IMG/VR virus record: IMGVR_UViG_3300026270_000023
Coordinates: 1-28,131 of that record
DNA: 28,131 bases
Source: a virus
Lineage: Duplodnaviria > Caudoviricetes
Strand: one strand, 5' to 3'
Of the stretch, positions 24,679 through 28,131 are shown piece by piece. Under the pieces are notes generated by a model. That model saw nothing but the letters and a program-made list of their open reading frames with translations, made no database searches and had not been told where the DNA came from. Position numbers and translations under genes: made by a program. Numbering within the stretch: the stretch's first letter is position 1; the number at the start of each line of letters is the position of its first letter.

Positions 24679-24940
24679 ACAAGTAATTCAAAATCATATT
24701 CTTGAACATCAAGAAGAAGTTTTCAAAGCAAAAACTTTGTTGAGTAAACTTGATGTTGCTCGTTGTAATGCGCCCGAAGTAACTCCTAAAGATTGGGATG
24801 AATTTTGGGAGGATGTATCTTCCGATAAAAAAGTTGTAGCAGCGGACGGTTATTCTGTCCACTATTATGATTATACTCGTAACGATCCCAATCGTACAAA
24901 TCCATTTACAATTCCTGATTATACCGAACTTCCCGACTAA
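24656..24940 (+). CDS. Hypothetical protein
   Basis: 94-aa ORF. Confidence 0.65.
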   Translation: MDLYQKVEQVIQNHILEHQEEVFKAKTLLSKLDVARCNAPEVTPKDWDEFWEDVSSDKKVVAADGYSVHYYDYTRNDPNRTNPFTIPDYTELPD

Positions 24941-25167
24941 TGGCACTTTCCAAACAAACACTAGATAATCTTCTAGAAGCAGAATCACATATTCGTGCAG
25001 CAATCAAATCTGCTGCGGTGAATGAAACTCCTCTAGTTGTCAAGCAACTTTCACAACTTCTAATGGATATGGAGCAGTGCAAAAAGTTTGATGAAATTTT
25101 AGATTTATTGGAAAATCGTGAAGGTGGCAGTAGTGGTAAGTTTGGACCTTTTTTCACTGACGATTAA
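24940..25167 (+). CDS. Hypothetical protein
   Basis: 75 aa, TAATG coupling. Confidence 0.75.
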   Translation: MALSKQTLDNLLEAESHIRAAIKSAAVNETPLVVKQLSQLLMDMEQCKKFDEILDLLENREGGSSGKFGPFFTDD

Positions 25168-25254
25168 AAAGTGTAACATAATCCCAAAGAGAATATAAAA
25201 TTACTAACTAATTTGTGTTGAAATGCTAAAATCAATTAGTAAAGGGAACTACCT

Positions 25255-25422
25255 ATGACTCTTCCATCTGAGGGCAAAAAACTTGATAAAAATGAGATTT
25301 CTAGCATCAATAATGCAATAAATGATGCAGGAATCCAACTAATACACCCACAAAAGATGGAAGCTTTTGCAGATTATTTGGTTAGTAAGTTAAAAAGTAC
25401 ACAAGAAAATGAGACTTCTTAG
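25255..25422 (+). CDS. Small hypothetical protein (55 aa)
   Basis: Not in the ORF track; MTLPSEGKKLDKNEISSI..HPQKMEAFADYLV; AAGGGA upstream. Confidence 0.6.
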   Translation: MTLPSEGKKLDKNEISSINNAINDAGIQLIHPQKMEAFADYLVSKLKSTQENETS

Positions 25423-25433
25423 TGTTATAGTAC

Positions 25434-25441
25434 AATAAATA
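25434..25441 (+). promoter_or_regulatory. T4-like late promoter
   Basis: AATAAATA upstream of cp12. Confidence 0.65.
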
Positions 25442-25461
25442 GTAACATCGCTTTACAAAAT

Positions 25462-25695
25462 ATGCTAATGGATAGCATCGAACAACACATCGCAAAGGAT
25501 AAAGAGATCCTTCACGATCCTACAGTATCTCCACAAATGCGCCGACACATTGAAGGTGAATTGCACGACTTAGAAGAGTATGTGGAGCATAATAAAAAAG
25601 ATATTGAAGCAGGAGATCATCACGATCCTTCATATCTTGAACTTTATTGTGATCAGAACCCATCAGAACCTGAGTGTCTAATTTACGACGATTGA
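25462..25695 (+). CDS. cp12: Phage-type CP12 Calvin cycle inhibitor
   Basis: SIEQHI..SPQMRRH..EL..LE.Y and C-terminal LELYCDQNPSEPECLIYDD; no N-terminal Cys pair; start may be 25468. Confidence 0.95.
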   Translation: MLMDSIEQHIAKDKEILHDPTVSPQMRRHIEGELHDLEEYVEHNKKDIEAGDHHDPSYLELYCDQNPSEPECLIYDD

Positions 25696-25755
25696 GTGTG
25701 ACAGTTCAATAAGTGGCACACGGGGGGTTTCTGACCCCCCTTTTTCGTGTATATT
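25696..25755 (+). promoter_or_regulatory. Palindromic box, hairpin and -10 (copy 2)
   Basis: GTGTGACAGTTcaatAAGTGGCACAC; -10 TATATT at 25750-25755. Confidence 0.7.
25722..25745 (+). terminator. Rho-independent terminator after cp12
   Basis: GGGGGGT-ttctg-ACCCCCC followed by TTTTT. Confidence 0.75.
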
Positions 25756-25856
25756 AAGGAAGTGGAGGGGAGACCCGACACAACCACCACGAGAGGCATA
25801 CACCAATCTAAGAGGAACGACGAACTGTTTCCGCCTCTCACACACATTTCTTTATT

Positions 25857-26279
25857 ATGGGCACTCGTTCTCGCATCGGTATCCAATTCAGTGACGACTC
25901 TGTTCTTTCTGTCTACTGCCATTGGGATGGTTATCCTTCTTTCAATGGTAAAGTTCTCCGTGAGTTCTACGATACGAAGGAGAAAGTATCGGAACTGATT
26001 AACGGTGGAGACATTTCCTCTCTGCATACAAATGTGGGTTGGAACAATGAAACTTTGCCTGAAACTGGTCCTCAATACTATACTTCCCGTGGTGAATCTA
26101 TTAGGGAAAATGCGCCACGATATGATGAAAGCATCTTTGATTTTCTTGAAAAGGAGAACAATGAAGAGTATGCTTACATCTGGACAGTCAACAACAAATG
26201 GGTTTGCAGGAAGATGAATCAATTTGATGATGATAAGCAACCTGAAAAGGTTGAGATCCCTGAGGGGACAGTTGCATAA
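25857..26279 (+). CDS. Phage hypothetical protein (YCHWDGYP motif)
   Basis: MGTRSRIG..SVYCHWDGYP..EEYAYIW. Confidence 0.8.
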   Translation: MGTRSRIGIQFSDDSVLSVYCHWDGYPSFNGKVLREFYDTKEKVSELINGGDISSLHTNVGWNNETLPETGPQYYTSRGESIRENAPRYDESIFDFLEKENNEEYAYIWTVNNKWVCRKMNQFDDDKQPEKVEIPEGTVA

Positions 26280-26322
26280 CTGGCACTGGGGGCGCTGAAA
26301 CGCCCCTATATGCCTCTACAAT
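26265..26322 (+). promoter_or_regulatory. Palindromic box, hairpin and -10 (copy 3)
   Basis: GGGACAGTTgcatAACTGGCAC; GGGGCG-ctgaaa-CGCCCC; TACAAT at 26317-26322. Confidence 0.7.
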
Positions 26323-26343
26323 ACGTCCATACACAACAAAGCA

Positions 26344-26712
26344 ATGGGAACTTCCTTCGCTGACTTCGCTGCCACACAAGACGCACGAAACACAATTCAA
26401 CTCAATGTCCGTAAGTACGCATTGATGTTGTGTGATGCACTTGAACTTGATTTTAAGACACATCATCCCAATTCTGATCCCTACAAGTTCTACATCGAGA
26501 CTGGTCGTAAGTATCACAAACTAATTATGGAGACTAACAGTCAGTCTGCTAGTGTTCATGCCTTTGTTGACAAAAAGACTGGTGAAGTTTACAAACCAGC
26601 ATCATTCAAAGCACCTGCAAAGATTGTGCGCTACAATCTTCTGGAGATTGCATCCCGTGAGGAATGTTTCTCCCGTGCCGATTGGGCAGGTGGTTACCTT
26701 TATATTCGCTGA
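26344..26712 (+). CDS. Phage early-type hypothetical protein
   Basis: GRKYHKL..SVHAFVDKKTGEVYKPASFKAPAK..GGYLY. Confidence 0.8.
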   Translation: MGTSFADFAATQDARNTIQLNVRKYALMLCDALELDFKTHHPNSDPYKFYIETGRKYHKLIMETNSQSASVHAFVDKKTGEVYKPASFKAPAKIVRYNLLEIASREECFSRADWAGGYLYIR

Positions 26713-26846
26713 TGACTAGTAAAGAGAAACTTTTATTCGTATCGTCCTTTATCTGGTTTATGCACTGGGGAACATGTCTAACATCAATCATTGTGGATAC
26801 GGTTATTCTAAAGTCCTCTGTGAGGATATTACCTCTTGGTTTGTGA
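26712..26846 (+). CDS. Possible 44-aa hydrophobic ORF overlapping the next gene
   Basis: TGATG-coupled ATG at 26712; MTSKEKLLFVSSFIWFMHWG.. Confidence 0.45.
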   Translation: MTSKEKLLFVSSFIWFMHWGTCLTSIIVDTVILKSSVRILPLGL

Positions 26847-27274
26847 ATAACTTCTTTCCACGGCACAAAATCAATGTCACTGTTTTACATCGTGGATTGA
26901 AACGTGAACACGCTCTGGGTTACTGTGATGTGATGACTGATGTGGAAGAGTATCCACATAGACCGCGCAATTTCTTGATTGAACTTGATACTTATATGGA
27001 TAGTGAAACATATACAAAAACTCTTTTACACGAACTGACTCACCTGGCACAGTGGGTCCGTGGTTCGCTGCGCCAGCGTTATGGAAAATTGTGTTATTCA
27101 CTAGAACCCGTGGAAAATTACGACTATTTTGATCAACCACACGAAATTGAGGCTCGTGAGCAAGAAGAAATTCTATATGAACGCTACTTAAATGAAAAAC
27201 AAGTGGTGCCAGCTCAGGAACCGTCACAAGGATGGTGCAATCGTCTGTGTGGTGGCGCTATGATTACAAAGTAA
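26774..27274 (+). CDS. HExxH zinc metallopeptidase-like protein
   Basis: TLLHELTHLAQ plus downstream QPHEIEA. Confidence 0.8.
   Translation: MSNINHCGYGYSKVLCEDITSWFVNNFFPRHKINVTVLHRGLKREHALGYCDVMTDVEEYPHRPRNFLIELDTYMDSETYTKTLLHELTHLAQWVRGSLRQRYGKLCYSLEPVENYDYFDQPHEIEAREQEEILYERYLNEKQVVPAQEPSQGWCNRLCGGAMITK
27206..27264 (+). promoter_or_regulatory. Palindromic box and -10 (copy 4)
   Basis: GTGCCAGCTcaggAACCGTCAC; TATGAT at 27259-27264. Confidence 0.55.
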
Positions 27275-27287
27275 TCGCAAGAGACCA

Positions 27288-27455
27288 ATGCTCAAAAAAC
27301 AAGTCCTAAAAGTTGTGGGTGAAACCGCAATGACTGTTGATCATAATATGGATCGATTGCAGAAGTTTGAAGTTTTCTGCCGAGTCTGTGACGGTCTCTT
27401 GAATGATGGTAGAATTAGCAAGGCACAACACTTTGCTTGGACGGAGGTTTTCTGA
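27288..27455 (+). CDS. Small hypothetical protein (55 aa)
   Basis: Not in the ORF track; MLKKQVLKVVGETAMTVDHNMDRLQKFEVFCRVCDGLLNDGRISKAQHFAWTEVF; TGATG coupling. Confidence 0.7.
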   Translation: MLKKQVLKVVGETAMTVDHNMDRLQKFEVFCRVCDGLLNDGRISKAQHFAWTEVF

Positions 27456-27955
27456 TGACACCTGAAGAACAGTATCGTTCACTCTACGAGAATATGTACC
27501 ACCTTTGTGAGGAGCAAGGGTGGGGAGATCCATTCAGTTATGCACGTTCGCGTGAAATTCACATGGCAGGGATCTTAGGTCATCGTATCGCTGATGATTA
27601 CAGCGGTGCTGATGCTTTTGATGATGATGGTGGTGCAGAGTATAAGTCAACCATTGCAGATAGTATCAACGCTACCTACAATGGTATCAGTGTTCAAGAT
27701 ACTTGGGAGGAACAAGAACGCTACTTGATTGAAGATAAGATTGGTAAGTATAAGAACCACTATTATGCACGTTATGAAGGTGGTAAGATTGCAGAACTGT
27801 GGAAACTTGATTGTGATGATGTTCTTGCAATCGTTCTTCCCAAAGCACAAAAGCAGTATCCTAAGAAAAAGAATGGTAACGCCAAAGATCCCCGTATTGG
27901 TGTTACAATCTCTAAGAAAGAGATTTATGCTGTTGGTACCTGTATCCTCGGATGA
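27455..27955 (+). CDS. PvuII-like type II restriction endonuclease
   Basis: Start ATG 27455 with GGAGG RBS; GWGDPF, SGADAFDDDGGAEYKS, YARYEG.KI.ELWKL and KDPRI..GT.I parallel PvuII as I recall it. Confidence 0.6.
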   Translation: MTPEEQYRSLYENMYHLCEEQGWGDPFSYARSREIHMAGILGHRIADDYSGADAFDDDGGAEYKSTIADSINATYNGISVQDTWEEQERYLIEDKIGKYKNHYYARYEGGKIAELWKLDCDDVLAIVLPKAQKQYPKKKNGNAKDPRIGVTISKKEIYAVGTCILG

Positions 27956-28131
27956 TTATGGACTCTAAAGAACTTATGTACTCGTCAGGTAACAATGACG
28001 AGTGCTACACTCCCGACTATGGTGTTACTCCAATCCTGAAGTATATCCCAAAGGATGCAAAGGTTTGGTGTCCATTTGACAAGGCAGAGAGTGAGTTTGT
28101 GAAGCAAATTTCACAGACTCACAGTGTAGAA
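27952..28131 (+). CDS. DNA amino-methyltransferase (likely N6-adenine), 5' part, truncated by the window
   Basis: Not in the ORF track; MIMDSKELMYSSGNNDECYTPDYGVTPILKYIPKDAKVWCPFDKAESEFVKQ..; DExYTP and WCPFD motifs; ATGA overlap with the nuclease. Confidence 0.65.
   Translation, partial: MIMDSKELMYSSGNNDECYTPDYGVTPILKYIPKDAKVWCPFDKAESEFVKQISQTHSVE

Noticed and set aside
25168-25254. NtcA or Pho box in the AT-rich intergenic gap
   Set aside because: GTAACATAATCCCA lacks the TAC half-site, and there is no convincing 11-bp-period direct repeat
25747-25998. 83-aa ORF upstream of and overlapping 25857-26279
   Set aside because: Starts within the promoter -10 region and overlaps a better-supported gene
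452-27850. Minus-strand and alternate-frame ORFs in the track (e.g. 9945-10460, 12496-13191, 25683-26240)
   Set aside because: Shadows of well-supported + strand genes; no recognisable motifs

Overview
A 28-kb, AT-rich, single-orientation (+ strand) segment of a T4-like marine cyanophage (cyanomyovirus). The assignment rests on phage-type CP12, purC/purS, NATAAATA late promoters, sigma70-like early promoters and typical tail-fibre genes. The left half (1-14.1 kb) is a tail/fibre module: a collar-domain needle fibre with paired tandem repeats, a 1944-aa fibre ending in an S74 intramolecular chaperone, a glycine-rich gp38-like adhesin with an Arg-rich loop, and a 708-aa fibre. It is interleaved with a kinase-like ORF, 2OG-Fe(II) oxygenases, a Phd/YefM-like ORF and three tRNAs (Ile-TAT, CAT, Leu-TAA). 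Then comes a promoter-led four-gene cluster of three 2OG-Fe(II) oxygenases and a flavin-dependent halogenase-like gene (14.2-17.2 kb), followed by an SF2 helicase coupled to a PD-(D/E)xK nuclease-like gene. The right half holds many small ORFs, purC, purS, a glutaredoxin-like gene, CP12, and early-type units led by a recurring palindromic box. The window ends with a PvuII-like endonuclease coupled to a truncated amino-methyltransferase, a candidate phage-encoded R-M system. All family assignments come from motif recognition by eye, not database searches.
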